Shown here piece by piece: positions 33,899-45,388 of a stretch of 64,000 bases of DNA. The notes beneath the pieces are model-generated. The model did no database searches. It was given only the letters and a program-made list of their open reading frames with translations, and had not been told where the DNA came from. The position numbers and the translations under genes were made by a program. Position 1 is the first letter of the stretch; each line of letters opens with the position of its first letter. The stretch comes from Terriglobia bacterium (GTDB lineage Bacteria; Acidobacteriota; Terriglobia; Bryobacterales; Bryobacteraceae): assembly GCA_963792065.1 (NCBI GenBank), contig CAWBUU010000001.1:1628039-1692038 (forward strand), written 5' to 3'.

Positions 33899-36800
33899 CT
33901 ACTTCGATCCGCCGGTCGGCGTCGGCATCACGTGATGCGGAAACTTCGGCCGTGTCGGCGGCGGCGGCAGCTTGTCGAGCGCCTGCTTGGCGAGTTCGAT
34001 GGCCTTCTCGAGCTGCGGGTCGCGCCCCGCGACGACGAGGTCGGGCCGCTGCTCGACGACGACATCCGGATCGACGCCGTGATTCTCGACCACCCAATGG
34101 CTGCCGCTCTTATCCGGCGCCCAGAATGCAAACTCCGGCGCGGTGACGCTGCCGCCGTCCATGAGCGGAACGTTGCGCGAGATGCCAACCAGTCCGCCCC
34201 AGGTTCGTTCGCCGACGATCGGTCCGAGTTTTTCCTTTTGGAAATACCACGGGAAGGCGTCGCCGCCCGAGCCCGCGAGTTCGTTCACGATCATGACCTT
34301 GGGTCCGTAGATCCCCGTTCCGGGGATGGGCTGATCCTTGCCATCGCGGCGAGACAGGAAATTGAGCAGATTGCGCTGGAGCTTCTCGGTGAAGAAGGTG
34401 GGAATGAAGCCGCCGCCGTTGTAGCGCTCATCGATGATCAGGCCTTGCTTGCCAACTTGAGCCTGGAAATATTTGTCGAACGCCTGCAGACCGTTGATGG
34501 CCGTGTCGGGAACGTGCATGTAGGCGATGCGTCCGTTGGTGGCGTCGGACACGATTTTGCGGCGCGACTCCACCCAATCGAATAGCGCAGGCCGGTCTCG
34601 CTGGCGACAGTCTTGACAGAAATTTCCCACGCTCCCTGTTCCGACGGCTTGTCGTTGATTTTCAGCGAGACCACTTTTCCCGCCAGGTTCTGGAAGAACG
34701 AGTATGGATTGGCGGGCGCCCGCACGGCGATTCCGTTCACCGCGATCAGGTAGTCGCCTTCTTTGACTTTAAGGCCCGGCTCGGTAAGGGGTGAACGCGT
34801 GGTTTCGTCCCAATTTTCGCCGCGATAGATTTTCGAGAATTTATAGAAGCCATTTTCGACCGTGTAGTCGGCGCCCAGCAGGCCGGTGCCAACCTGCGGC
34901 GCGGTCGGGAACGTCGCCGCCGTTGACATAAGTGTGCGACGTGCTCAGCTCGGCGATCATTTCGCCGATGATGTAGTTCAGATCGCTGCGGTGCGCCACC
35001 CAAGGAAGCAGGGCCTCATAGCGCTTGCCGATCATGTTCCAGTCGGTGCCCGCCATGCCGGGATCCCAGTAGAAGTCGCGCTCGACGCGCCAGGCTTCGT
35101 GGAAAATCTCTTTCCATTCCTCGCGCGGGTCGACGCGCACCTGCAGCGAGGCGAGATTCAGCTTGCCATCGCCGACCTTCTTGCCCGCGGCAGCGTCGAC
35201 GATGCCGTAGTTCGCTTGGCCCGCGCGATAGATGACCTTCTTGCCGTCTTTGTCGAGATCGTAGTTGTCGATTCCGGCGAGCACGACTTCGTCCTTGCGC
35301 TTGCTGACGTCGTACATGTGCAGCGTCGCTTTGGGAGCGAGGACCGGGCCGGCCGTTCTCGGTGGCTTCGATGGTACGGGCCATGTAGAAGAGTTTTTCC
35401 TTGCGGGCTTCCAGGTTGCTGTACATGCCCGCCGGTATCGGGACGTGCACGATGCGATCGGCGATGCCGTCCACGTCGACCTGGATGGGTTTTACCTCAG
35501 CCTTCTGCGCTGCGGGCTTTTCGTCTGACGACTTGGCCTCGTCGGATTTCGCCTGGTCGCCTTCCTTCTTGGCGGCGCTGTCGTCCGGCTTTCTTCGCTT
35601 CCGAGGCGTCCTTCTCGTCGTCGCTTTGCGGGGCGAACGGCGAGGCTTCATCCTTCTTCAGCACGAGGGCGAAAATGGCGCGCGTGTCGTAGTAGTTGAA
35701 GGTGTTGTCGAGCACGCCGCTGGTGGGATAGAAGAAACGGTCGGAGAAAAAGTACAGGTATTTTCCGTTTTGATCGAACGATCGGATTGGTGTTGTTGTA
35801 GAAGTCGTCGGCAACCTGCGTGGTCTGGCTCTTGTCGAGTGAATACAGGTAGAGTCCGCTGTTGGTGTTGAGCGCGTTCTTGGCATACGCGAGCCAGCGG
35901 CTGTCGGGCGACCAAGCCGGCGCGCCCGCGAGTCCGTACTCGGCCTGATCCACCAGCACCGGCTTCTTCTGATCGATGTCCACGTAGGAGAGGCGAAACT
36001 TCTTGTCCCAATAGGCGAGCTTCTTCGAATCGGGCGACCACTCAGGGCCGTAGCGATAGCAATCGCCGTCGCTGGTGATCTGAACTTCGTCGCCGCCCTT
36101 CTGCGGACGGAGGTACACTTCGAACTCGCCGCTGCGGTCCGACAGATACGCGACCCACTTGCCGTCGGGCGACCACACTGCGTTCTGTTCGTGGACGCCG
36201 GTGGTGTCGGTGAGATTGCGGATGCTGCCGTGCTCGGCGGGAATGGTGAAGATGTCGCCGCGGGCTTCCACCAGGGCGCGTACGCCGGTAGGAGAAAGTT
36301 CGAAGCTGCGAATCAGGTTGGCGACGGACTTGATTTCAGGACGCGCGGTGACCAGGTCGCTCGCGACCGTGACGGGGATGTGCGTTACCTTGCCGCCGGC
36401 GAGATCGTAGGAGTACAGCAGGCCGCCGTTTTCGTACACGATGGCGTCCGAGCCGGCGCTCGGCCACTTGATGTCGTATTCGGTGTAGTTGGTGAGCTTC
36501 TTGGTTTGCTTGTTCCCCAGGTCCCAGCGATACAGGTTCATGGTGCCGTCGCGATCGGAGATGAAATAGACGGCGTTGCCGCGCCACATGGGGAATTGGT
36601 CGAGAGTGCCCGAGCGCGGCATTTCCTGGTAGGTGTTCTGCTTGAGATCGTAAATTCCGATGTAATTGTTCCAGCCGCCGCGGTAACGTTTCCAGGTGCG
36701 GAATTCCTGCGAAGTGGGATTGTAGGCGATTTTCTGGCCGTCGGGAGAAAAGCTGGTGAGCGAGGCGCGCGGGACCGGCAGCATTTCCTCGAGGCCGCCT

Positions 36801-37231
36801 TCAACCGGGACCAGGAACAGGCGCGAGGTGGCGGCGGGGGCGCTCGAGCGATTCGAGCGGAACAGGACCTTCTTGCTGTCAGGCGTCCAACCGAGCACGC
36901 CGTCGTTGGCCGGATGGTAGGTGAGGCGCCGCGGCTCGCCGCCTTCGGCGGGAATCACGTAGACGTCGGCGTTGCCATCGTACTCGCCGGTGAACGCGAT
37001 CCATTTTCCGTCGGGCGAAAATTTGGGGAATTGCTCGTCGCCGATGTGCGAGGTCAGGCGGCGCGCTTCACCGCCGGCGCGCGGAACGGTCCACAGATCC
37101 TCGGCGTAGACGAACACCACGGAGTCCTTGGAGATATCGGGTTCGCGCATCAGGCGCGTTTCTTCGGGCGCGGTGTGGACGAGCGACGGCAGCAGCAAGC
37201 CGAGCAGTAGAGCGGCGGAACACCACCTCAT
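33899..37231 (-). CDS. Tricorn-protease-like S41 peptidase (beta-propellers, PDZ and S41 domain); the C-terminal half is frame-disrupted
   Basis: AGGAGG then ATG at 37231. MRWCSAALLLGLLLPSLV, PKFSPDGKWIAFTGEYDGNADVYVIPAEGGEPRRLTYHP (35648..37309). IDERYNGGGF, ELAGSGGDAFPWYF and GERTWGGLVG (33899..34630). Confidence 0.85.
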
Positions 37232-37340
37232 GGTTGGGCCTCCTTGTGACCTTCTAGAAATTGGACCGATCGAGTCGAAAAACGATAGCAACGGGCCTGG
37301 AAATTTCATTGTAACGGGTGGGACAAGCCGGAGATTTCGC

Positions 37341-37809
37341 TTAGGCTAAGACCGGGCCTGGTTTTTCGGGATTCACAGCCGAACAGCCGGCCATCAAGGC
37401 GACTCTGCAGGGCCATTGGTCGGCCGCAACGAGTACGTCAACTTGCTGAAGCTGGCGCAGGTCGAGAGCGATGGCGAGTTGAAACGCATCGAGTGTTCGA
37501 AGGCCTTCCGCCACGCCGTACTTAAGCAGGAGTTTCCTTGCACCGTGAAAGTGGCGCTGGTGGACAGGCGGGGCAACATGGAGGCGCTGCCGTGCAATAT
37601 CGGCACGGAATCTGCGGCGGGCGACTTGCAACGCCGGTTCATCGATTTCGCCGGTCCGCGTTTTGATAGCCATCCAACTCCACAATGGAGAGGTGCGAGA
37701 CCAGCGATCGCGAACCCGGTTGCTCGAGGATGCGGTCCATGTAGTCGGAGCCGCTCTCCTTGTGGTAGCGTTTCGCCAACGCGCTGGTGTCGAGGAAGTA
37801 GTTTGGCAA
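37341..37809 (-). CDS. vapC: PIN-domain (VapC-like) toxin, frame break near 37690
   Basis: My translation from TTG 37809 reads PNYFLDTSALAKRYHKE.... ORF 37341..37685 continues with LRTLDAFQLAIALDLRQL. The start overlaps the antitoxin stop (TGATTG). Confidence 0.65.
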
Positions 37810-38070
37810 TCAGCGCTCTTGCCGCGAGGCGACTACGGCATCGGAAAGAGAACCGGAGATCGTCGACAACGCCCGTCGCACATCATCCAAGCTGATATCG
37901 TCCTGGGCGGCTTCGGCCCATTCCTCGGGCGAGAAGTACCCTGCGACGTCTTGGTCCACGGTTGCGGGATCGGTGATCGTCACGGTCACCTGTTGTCTCT
38001 CCTCGAACGGCAGAGGCTCCAAAGGCTGGAGGACGCCATTCTTATACACTGCTTGAAGTCGCCTCTCCAT
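37810..38070 (-). CDS. DUF104-type (AF2212-like) antitoxin
   Basis: MERRLQAVYKNGVLQPLEPLPFEERQQVTVTITDP is the characteristic DUF104 antitoxin N-terminus. Confidence 0.7.
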   Translation of the reverse strand: MERRLQAVYKNGVLQPLEPLPFEERQQVTVTITDPATVDQDVAGYFSPEEWAEAAQDDISLDDVRRALSTISGSLSDAVVASRQER

Positions 38071-38117
38071 ACGCCTTCAGTGTAACCGATCTTCGGCGAG
38101 AAGGATTTTTGTGACGG

Positions 38118-38250
38118 TCAATCGCGGTTGTCGATGCTGGCGCGCTTCATGAGAAACCTCAGGGGAACTGCCCAGGTGTGCGGTTGAAGTCGCTGGCGAA
38201 TCGTGAGGTAAGCGAAGATTGCGGCTATTGACAGGTAACCGTGGGATAGC
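38118..38250 (-). pseudogene. Relic of an EmrB-like MFS transporter 3' end
   Basis: Encodes ...AIFAYLTIRQRLQPHTWAVPLRFLMKRAS, compared with the emrB C-terminus AMLAYVDVFRMLCWMCFGLIPLMFLMKRAKH. Nucleotides 38134-38166 match 38884-38918 at about 30 of 35 positions. Confidence 0.35.
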
Positions 38251-38421
38251 CTAAGAAGCGGTATAAAAGGACCGCTGTCGGAGGTTGAGGGGAGACTCCA
38301 GGACCTACACTCGTTCCGGGCACAGACCGAGAGACGGCGCTTGAAGTAATGTACGACAGAACCCCACAAGCCAGACCTATGCCGCACGTGAGTCCTTGAC
38401 CGACGACAACGCACGATGTCC

Positions 38422-38865
38422 TCAGTCGCCATCCTTCTCCTGGCCACGGAGGTATTGAAGTAGCGGATACTCGCCCCGTCGAAACGGATTCGACGACATG
38501 TTTCGATCGAGAACAAAGTAGAGCCTACCACATGGTGAGACAAAACGTTTGAGTCGCAAGTATCCGATGAAAGGAGGCCAAACGGCGCCGCTAGACACGA
38601 TTTCGTCCCGATCAATAACAACCCACTTTCTGAAATGACGATACCGGAGAGCGCCGTCTCTGACTTCGATTATCGCGACCGAAGCGAAGAAAATTGCCGC
38701 AACTATGAACGGAAGAGCGAAAATACTTCGCCAGGTTCCCAGTACGTCACTAAATACCGACACAAAAGCGAGCCATATGAGAACCATCCAGTATCTCACC
38801 AGGAAACTCGTGTTTCCGTCGCTCCTCACGTCGCGGGCCTGCGGTTCGTGTTGCGGCATGTCCAA
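38422..38865 (-). CDS. Hypothetical two-TM membrane protein in a low-GC patch
   Basis: Intact 147 aa ORF with TM segments FLVRYWMVLIWLAFVSVF and IFALPFIVAAIFFASVAII. No recognisable domain. Confidence 0.5.
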   Translation of the reverse strand: MDMPQHEPQARDVRSDGNTSFLVRYWMVLIWLAFVSVFSDVLGTWRSIFALPFIVAAIFFASVAIIEVRDGALRYRHFRKWVVIDRDEIVSSGAVWPPFIGYLRLKRFVSPCGRLYFVLDRNMSSNPFRRGEYPLLQYLRGQEKDGD

Positions 38866-38880
38866 GCACCCAGTACTAAT

Positions 38881-40477
38881 TCAATGCTTGGCGCGCTTCA
38901 TGAGGAACATCAGCGGGATCAGGCCGAAGCACATCCAGCACAGCATCCGGAACACGTCGACGTAGGCCAGCATCGCCGATTGCCGGACCAGCTCGTGATA
39001 AAGGATGCCCTGCGCCTGCGCGGTGGCCTGCAGGGGCGGCGAGCCGGCCGCTTTGAGCGCGGTCTCGACGTGCTGCAGCCGCGATGTGTAGCTGGGATCG
39101 AGCGGGGTCATGTGCGCGGCCAGCACGTTTTGGTGCGCTTGCGCGAAGCGGGTCTGCAGCGTGGTGACGGCCGAGATCCCGACGCTGCCGCCCATGTTGC
39201 GCATCAGGTTGAGCAGTCCCGTCGCGCTGCTGGTCTTTTCTCGCTCGACATGCGAGAACGCGGTCACGTTGATGGGCACGAACATGAACGGCAAGCCGGC
39301 GCGCGAGATCGCCCAAGTGAAGACCAGAGTCATGAATCCGGCCTCGAGGCTCAGGGTCGGACAACTCGTACATTCCGACTCCCGAAAATCGTCAGCCCGG
39401 TGATCACCAGCCAACGCGGTTCGAGGTTGGTGCTGAGCAAACGCCCGACGATGGGCATGGCGACGAGCGTCAGGACGCGCGCCCGGCGAAAGCACCATGC
39501 CGGCCCATTGCGCGGTGTAGCCCATGAGGCTTTGGACCATGACGGGAAGCAGCACAGTGGTGCCATAGAGCACCAGGCCGAGCGCGAACATCATGAACGT
39601 CGCCATGGCGAAATTCAGGTTCTTGAACAGGCGCAGATCCACCACCGGATGTTCCTGGCGCAACTCCCAGACGACGGTGCAGATCAGCGCGGCAGCAGAG
39701 ATGGCAGTGCTCCAGGCGATGAACGGCGATCCGAACCAGTCGTCGCGCTGGCCTCTGATCGAGCACCAACTGGCCGAAGCCCAGGCCCAGGGCAGATGAG
39801 CCCGAGTCCGATGAAGTCGATCTTCAGTCCCTGTTTGAAAGTTCTTGCGAACCAGGTAGGGCGGATCTTGGATCAGCGTGGACGTCATGACGAGGGAGAG
39901 AATGCCGACGGGAACGTTGATGAAGAAGATCCAGCGCCAGGAAAAATGATCGGTGATCCATCCGCCCAGCGTCGGGCCGATGATGGGCGCGAGCACAACG
40001 CCCATGCCGTAGGCCGCCATCGCCATGCCTTGCTGGCGCCGCTCGAAACTTTCCACCAGGATGGCTTGCGAGGTGGGCTGGAGGCCGCCGCCGCCGATGC
40101 CTTGCAGCACGCGGAACAGAATCAGCATCGGAACAGACTCGGCGCCAGGCCGCACATGCAGCGAACTGATGGTAAAGATGGCCACCGACGCCATGTAGAA
40201 ACTTTTGCGTCCGAACAGCGTGTGCAGCCAGCCGGTGATGGGCAGCACGATGGCGTTAGAGATGAGGTAGGAGGTGAGCACCCAGGTGCTCTCGTCGATG
40301 CTGGCCGAGAGATTGCCGGCGATATGCGGCAGCGCGACGTTGGCGATGCTGGTGTCCAGCACTTCCATGAAAGTCGCCAGCATCACGGTGACGGCGATGA
40401 GCGCGGGACTGGTGGCCGGACGCCAGGCGGCTTGCGGGAGTGCGGCTGGGTTGGCGGCGACGACTCGTGTCCGCCAC
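38881..40477 (-). CDS. emrB: EmrB/QacA-subfamily (DHA2, 14-TMS) MFS efflux transporter containing compensating indels
   Basis: VMLATFMEVLDTSIANVALPHIAGNL, LFGRKSFYM, FRVLQGIGGGGL and MAAYGMGVVLAPIIGPTLGGWITD. Garbled stretches (for example near 39790-39840) read correctly as KIDFIGLGL in another frame. Confidence 0.8.
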
Positions 40478-41142
40478 TTAGCGCAGGTCCCCCGAGCGTT
40501 CGAGCGATCTTCTTCGGCGGAGGTACGCGCGTTCAGATCCAGCATCTCGTCCAGGATCGCGCGGACGACCACCTCGTCGCCGACTTTGGAATTGATCATG
40601 AGGTGGTAGAGATCGCGCGTGGGCCATTCCTTGCTGAAGTATTTTTGGACGAAAGTGGCGCGCTCGTGATCGATGGTAGAGATCAGGTCGATCGCTTCGG
40701 CTTCGGTTTTACCCAGCGCGGTGACGCGGCGGATTTTTTCTTCGAGCGGCGCGTAGATGAAGACGTGGAACGCGTCCGGGCGGTCGCGCAGAAGATAGGT
40801 TGCGCCGCGGCCGACGATCACGCAGTTGCCCGCATCGGCGGCGCGGTCGATAACCCGCTGCATGAACGCGACCATGCTGTCGGCGTCGAACTGATCGAGT
40901 CCCGACACGGGCAGGCTGCGCTCAAAGCTGCCGCGCATGTAGACTTTCATGAGGCGGTAGAAGAGCGAGTCGCAGCGTTCGTCCAGGCGCTCGACGACGG
41001 CGCGGTCGACTTGCGCGAGTTTCGCGATTTCATCCGTCAGGTTCTGGTCCCAGAGCTTCCAGCCGAGCCGCTCGGCCAGTTGCTGGGCGATGGCCGCGCT
41101 GCCGGCTCCAAATTCCCGCTCGATGGTGACGGTTCGAATCAC
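40478..41142 (-). CDS. Cytidylate-kinase-like family protein (the 3' boundary with emrB is blurred by an indel)
   Basis: MIRTVTIEREFGAGSAAIAQQLAERLGWKLWDQNL and VIVGRGATYLLRD. In the ORF track it is fused in frame to emrB (753 aa), but an alternative frame shows TAA followed by a GTG start at about 40477. Confidence 0.65.
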
Positions 41143-41213
41143 GCGCGACTGCCTCCCAAAGACCCATTCTAACGCCCGGTGTAACAGAACTCGCGAAACA
41201 GCATCTCACCTAC

Positions 41214-42056
41214 ATGAAGTGTTTCACGACACTGGTCGCCGTTGTTGCCCTTTGTTCGCCGGGCATGGCCGCGGAGAGGCCGGTGAAGAAAGCGCCGTTC
41301 TACCGGCCGCACGCCAGCCAGCGCGTGCGACCCGGCCCGATGCCTCGACAAATCGGCGAGGCTGTGATCGTAAATGCCGCGAGCTACGAAAAGGGAATCA
41401 GTCCAGGCGGGCTGGCAACCATTTTCGGAAACGACCTGAGCACAGTGAGCGGCATTGTTCTGGCTTATCGCGATCCGCTTCCGCTGGAACTGGCAGGCGT
41501 GGAGGTGTGGGTAAGCGGGCTTCCGGCGCCGATTTATGGAGTCGCCTATGCCAACGGACTGGATCAGATCAGCATCCAGGTTCCTTACGATGCGCCCACG
41601 GGTCCTTTCGCGGCGGAGATTCAGGTGTACGACTTCGGCGACCTGGTAGCCGATTTCTTCGCCGATTCGTTCACGCAGGATCCGGGAATTTTCGTCTACA
41701 ACGGCAACTACGCGGTGGCGCAGGCTTCGGACTATTCGATCATCGGGCCTGACAATCCCGCGATTCCAGGCGAGCCGCTGGTGTTGTACGTCACCGGGCT
41801 TGGACCGCTGGATCTGAATCTGGTGGATGGTTTCGGATCGCCCACCAGTCCGCCGTTCGCGCGGACGGTGGATCCGTTCCAGGTGATCGTCGACAACGAA
41901 ATCTGCGATGTTTTCTTTTCCGGCCTCGCGCCTGGGTTCGTCGGGCTGTATCAGGTGAACTTTTATGTGCCGCTGGACGCTGCGCCCGGGAATCTGCCGA
42001 TTTGGATTCGGAGTCCGGAGGCCGATAGTCTGACCGCGATTTTGCCGGTGCGCTGA
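41214..42056 (+). CDS. Secreted protein of the TIGR03437 (Solibacter-type C-terminal Ig-like domain) family
   Basis: Signal MKCFTTLVAVVALCSPGMA. VNAASYEKGISPGGLATIFGNDL, PLELAGVEVWVSGLPAPIYGV and GLAPGFVGLYQVNFYVP. Confidence 0.7.
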   Translation: MKCFTTLVAVVALCSPGMAAERPVKKAPFYRPHASQRVRPGPMPRQIGEAVIVNAASYEKGISPGGLATIFGNDLSTVSGIVLAYRDPLPLELAGVEVWVSGLPAPIYGVAYANGLDQISIQVPYDAPTGPFAAEIQVYDFGDLVADFFADSFTQDPGIFVYNGNYAVAQASDYSIIGPDNPAIPGEPLVLYVTGLGPLDLNLVDGFGSPTSPPFARTVDPFQVIVDNEICDVFFSGLAPGFVGLYQVNFYVPLDAAPGNLPIWIRSPEADSLTAILPVR

Positions 42057-42063
42057 AGCCGAC

Positions 42064-42892
42064 TCAGTGCGTCATCGCGTAGATGATGTAGTTGACGCCG
42101 ATGCGAATCCCGAGCGCAGCGAATTGCTCCGGGATACAGCGGATTGTCGGCGTGCTCCCAGGAGTCGCCCAGATCCATGTCGTGGCAGATGGCCACCATC
42201 AGGCGGCCCTTGTTGTCGTAGATGCCGCGCCAGTGCGCCTCGTAACCGTCCTTCTCCCAGCGGCGGTCGGAGTAGATAAACTGCTCGCCCGGCACCTGGT
42301 AGCGATCGTCAAGATCGAAGATGGTGTGAAAGATGGGGTCGCGGTTATCGATGTCGACGATGGGCCGGTCGGGAAAGACGCGGCTCATGCTGTCGACGAA
42401 GATCTGCCATTCTTCGGTGCCGTGGAAATCGTCGCACATGAAGAAGCCGCCGCGCAGCAGGTAGTCGCGCAGCTTGGCGGCCTGCGACGTGGTCAGCTCC
42501 CAGTGGCCGACTTCGACGCCGTAGAGCCAGGGCCAGTTGTAGACGTCGTCGCCGTCGTCCAGATTGACGGGCTGCTCGATGGAGCGGGCCTGGATGCGGG
42601 TGAGCCGGCGCACGGCTTCGGCCAGATGGCGGTCGGAACGCGGATAATCGATGGTCCAGTTCGCGGCGCCGAAGAAGCCAGTTGTCGGGATGGCGATCAA
42701 AGATGCGGCGGGAAGACGGATACATCAAGCGCGCGAAGGTCCATTCGCCGGGGACTTGCCAATCGGGGGGCTTCGGGAAATCGTTGTACTCGGCGCGCCG
42801 GGTATTCGCGGAACGGGCGCTGGCCGAAAGCCATACAGAGCAGGAACGGCGCACGCGATCGCCAGGATGAGGACGACGGCAGGACGATTCAC
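42064..42892 (-). CDS. DUF4159-domain protein, frame-disrupted
   Basis: EWTFARLMYPS, DYPRSDRHLAEAVRRLTRI, WPWLYGVEVGHWELTTSQAAKLRDYLLRGGFFMCDDFHG. The C-terminus GVNYIIYAMTH is from my translation. Confidence 0.7.
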
Positions 42893-42953
42893 AGTTGATT
42901 CGACGCGCAAGAACTTTCCTCGGGGTACCCATCTATTAAGCTATATTTCCAGC

Positions 42954-43967
42954 ATGACACATTCCTTTCGCCGACTCGCCTTTCGGCCGACCGGCTTTTC
43001 GGACGGCGGCAACATTGCTACCGTGCTGGCGCTGGTCATTGTCGCGCCGGCGCTGAAGGCGCAGAAGTATGGCCGTGGAAGAAGGGTTCGTGGATGCGAA
43101 CGGGCTTCTGCTGTACTACAAGGCGATCGGCCAGGGCGCTCCGCTGGTGATTCTGCACGGAGGCCCGGGCGCTTCGCACGAATACTTTCTTCCTTATTTA
43201 TTGCCGCTGGCGCGAACCAATCGCGTGATCTTTCTCGACGAGCGCGGCTCGGGCCGGTCGCAAAAGTTGGAGGACCCGGCCGGATACACGGTGGAAAACA
43301 TGGTGGAGGACGTCGAGGCCATCCGCAAGGCGCTCAACCTCGGCAAGATCAACCTGCTGGGTCACTCTTACGGCGGCGTGCTGGCGCAGGCGTACGCGCT
43401 GAAGTACCAGCAGAACCTGAATCACCTGATTCTCGCCAGCACGTTCCACTAGCACGCGCGAGATGAACGCCGTGTTCCAGAAAGAGGTGGCGGCGCTGCC
43501 GGCGGCGACGCGGCAAAAAATTCTGGCGTTCGAGAAGGCGGGATTGTTCGGCAAGGGCGACGATCTACGAGCGGGGCCGCTACCCGGCCGAGTACATGAA
43601 GCTGGCGTGGGGCGAAGCGTATTTTCCGTACCTGTACCAGAAGCATCCGGATCCGAACTATCGATCCGGTGGCGAATGGGCAACACATCGTGGGATCTGT
43701 ATCGCGAGATGTGGGGATCGCACGGCGAGTTCATCATCGACGGCAATCTCAAGTCGGTGGAGTATGCGGACCGATTGCCGATCGATTCACGTGCCGACTC
43801 TCATGATCGTGGGCGATCACGACGAATGCGATCCGTCGTTGTCGCGCGAGATGAACAAGCTGATCAAGGGGTCGAAGCTGGCGGTGCTGCCGCAGAGCGG
43901 CCACATGACGTTCGTCGATCAGCCGGGATTGTTTCTCAAAGCAGTCAGCGATTTTGTAAACAAATAA
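42954..43967 (+). CDS. Alpha/beta hydrolase (proline-iminopeptidase-like), frame-disrupted
   Basis: LVILHGGPGASHEYF, NLLGHSYGGVLAQ (GxSxG motif) and PTLMIVGDHDECDP...LPQSGHMTFVDQP, read across ORFs 43069.., 43463.. and 43596..43967. Confidence 0.7.
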
Positions 43968-44013
43968 GCGGCGGGCCGCCGCAGTATACTAGGTCGCATG
44001 GCCTTGAGCGCCG

Positions 44014-44502
44014 ATGGTCGCCTCCAACGTCTCGCGCGATTGGGGACCACGAATCGCCAACGCGTTTCAGTTCGTCGCGCCGCTGGCGACGCGCCTGACG
44101 ATCGGCGTCGCGTATCTTCTACACCGGCGACGGCAAGCTGATGAATCTCCAGCGCACCGCGCGATTTCTTCGGCAGCCTGGGCATTCCGTTCCCGCGAGG
44201 CCAACGCGATTTTCGTGTCGTCGCTGGAGTTTGTCGGCGGACTGTGCCTGGTGGTGGGCTTGGGCACGCGCATCTTCGCGGCGCTGCTGTCGTTTTCGAT
44301 GATCGTCGCGCTGCTGACCTCGGACGGCGGCGATTGGATCGCGAAATTCCCCGCCGACATCACCGACGTCACCTCTTTCACGTACCTGTTATTCTTAATA
44401 TGGTTAGTGGTGTACGGACCCGGGCCGATCAGCCTCGACAAGCTGATCAGCAAGTGGCTGAAGATCGACCAGCCGGGCGCCGGCAGCACGAGCGCAAAGT
44501 AG
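44014..44502 (+). CDS. DoxX-family membrane protein, frame-disrupted near 44110-44190
   Basis: FQFVAPLATRLTIGVAY and NAIFVSSLEFVGGLCLVVGLGTRIFAALLSFSMIVAL. Lies 9 bp upstream of the MNIO gene. Confidence 0.65.
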   Translation: MVASNVSRDWGPRIANAFQFVAPLATRLTIGVAYLLHRRRQADESPAHRAISSAAWAFRSREANAIFVSSLEFVGGLCLVVGLGTRIFAALLSFSMIVALLTSDGGDWIAKFPADITDVTSFTYLLFLIWLVVYGPGPISLDKLISKWLKIDQPGAGSTSAK

Positions 44503-44511
44503 GATTCGGCT

Positions 44512-45388
44512 ATGGCAAATCGCTGGGGTTATCCGGACTTAGGATTCGGCATCGGCCTTCGCTCGGTGCACTTCCAGCACATCCTCGAGAACAATCCCAC
44601 CATCGATTGGTTCGAGGTACTGTCGGAAAACTACATGGACACCGGCGGCCGCCCGCTGCATGTTCTGGATCAGGTGGCCGAGCGATACCCGGTGGTGCTG
44701 CACGGCGTTTCGCTGTCGGTAGGCAGCAAGGATCCGATCAATTTCGAATATCTGAAGAAGCTGAAGGCGCTGGCCAAGCGCGTCAAGGCGAACTGGGTGT
44801 CGGATCATTTGTGCTGGTGCGGCGTCACGGGGCTGAACACGCACGATCTGCTGCCGATGCCGTACACCACCGAGGCGCTGCGCCACACCATCGAGCGCGT
44901 GAAGGTGATTCAGGATTTTCTGGAGCGGCCCATTGCGCTGGAGAACGCGTCGACGTATCTGGAGTTCGCGGCTTCGACCTGGCCCGAGAGCGAGTTTCTG
45001 GCGTCGCTGGCCGAGGAAGCGAACTGCGGAATCCTGCTGGACGTGAACAACGTGTACGTCAGTTCGTACAATCACGGGTTCGATCCGAAGGCGTACATCG
45101 ACCGCATCCCGCGCGATCGCGTCATCCAGATGCACCTGGCCGGCCACACCAACAAAGGCACGCACATCATCGACACGCACAACGACTACGTGATCGACAC
45201 GGTGTGGGAGTCTGTACCGCTACGCGCATCGCCGGCTGGCCGGAGTGGCGACGCTGCTCGAGTGGGACGCCAACATTCCGTCGTTCGACGTGGTCCACGG
45301 CGAGGCGCTGAAGGCCCGCAAATTCCGCGAGCAGGAAGACAGCACCAAGACGCCGGACCTGGCCGAGGTTCCCGCGTATGGCGATTGA
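44512..45388 (+). CDS. DUF692 / MNIO (multinuclear non-heme iron oxidase, MbnB/BufB-like) family protein, one frame break near 45210
   Basis: GFGIGLRSVHF, IDWFEVLSENYM, HGVSLSVGS, WVSDHLCW, ALENASTYL, LLDVNNVYVS and QMHLAGH. The tail LLEWDANIPSFD...AEVPAYGD is in another frame. Confidence 0.8.

Noticed and set aside
38881-41142. The 753 aa ORF looks like a cytidylate-kinase-like domain fused to an EmrB transporter.
   Set aside because: At about 40470-40520 an alternative frame shows a TAA stop directly followed by a GTG start (MADTS...). The same ORF contains obvious compensating-indel garble elsewhere. The fusion is most likely an artefact of one indel removing the stop.
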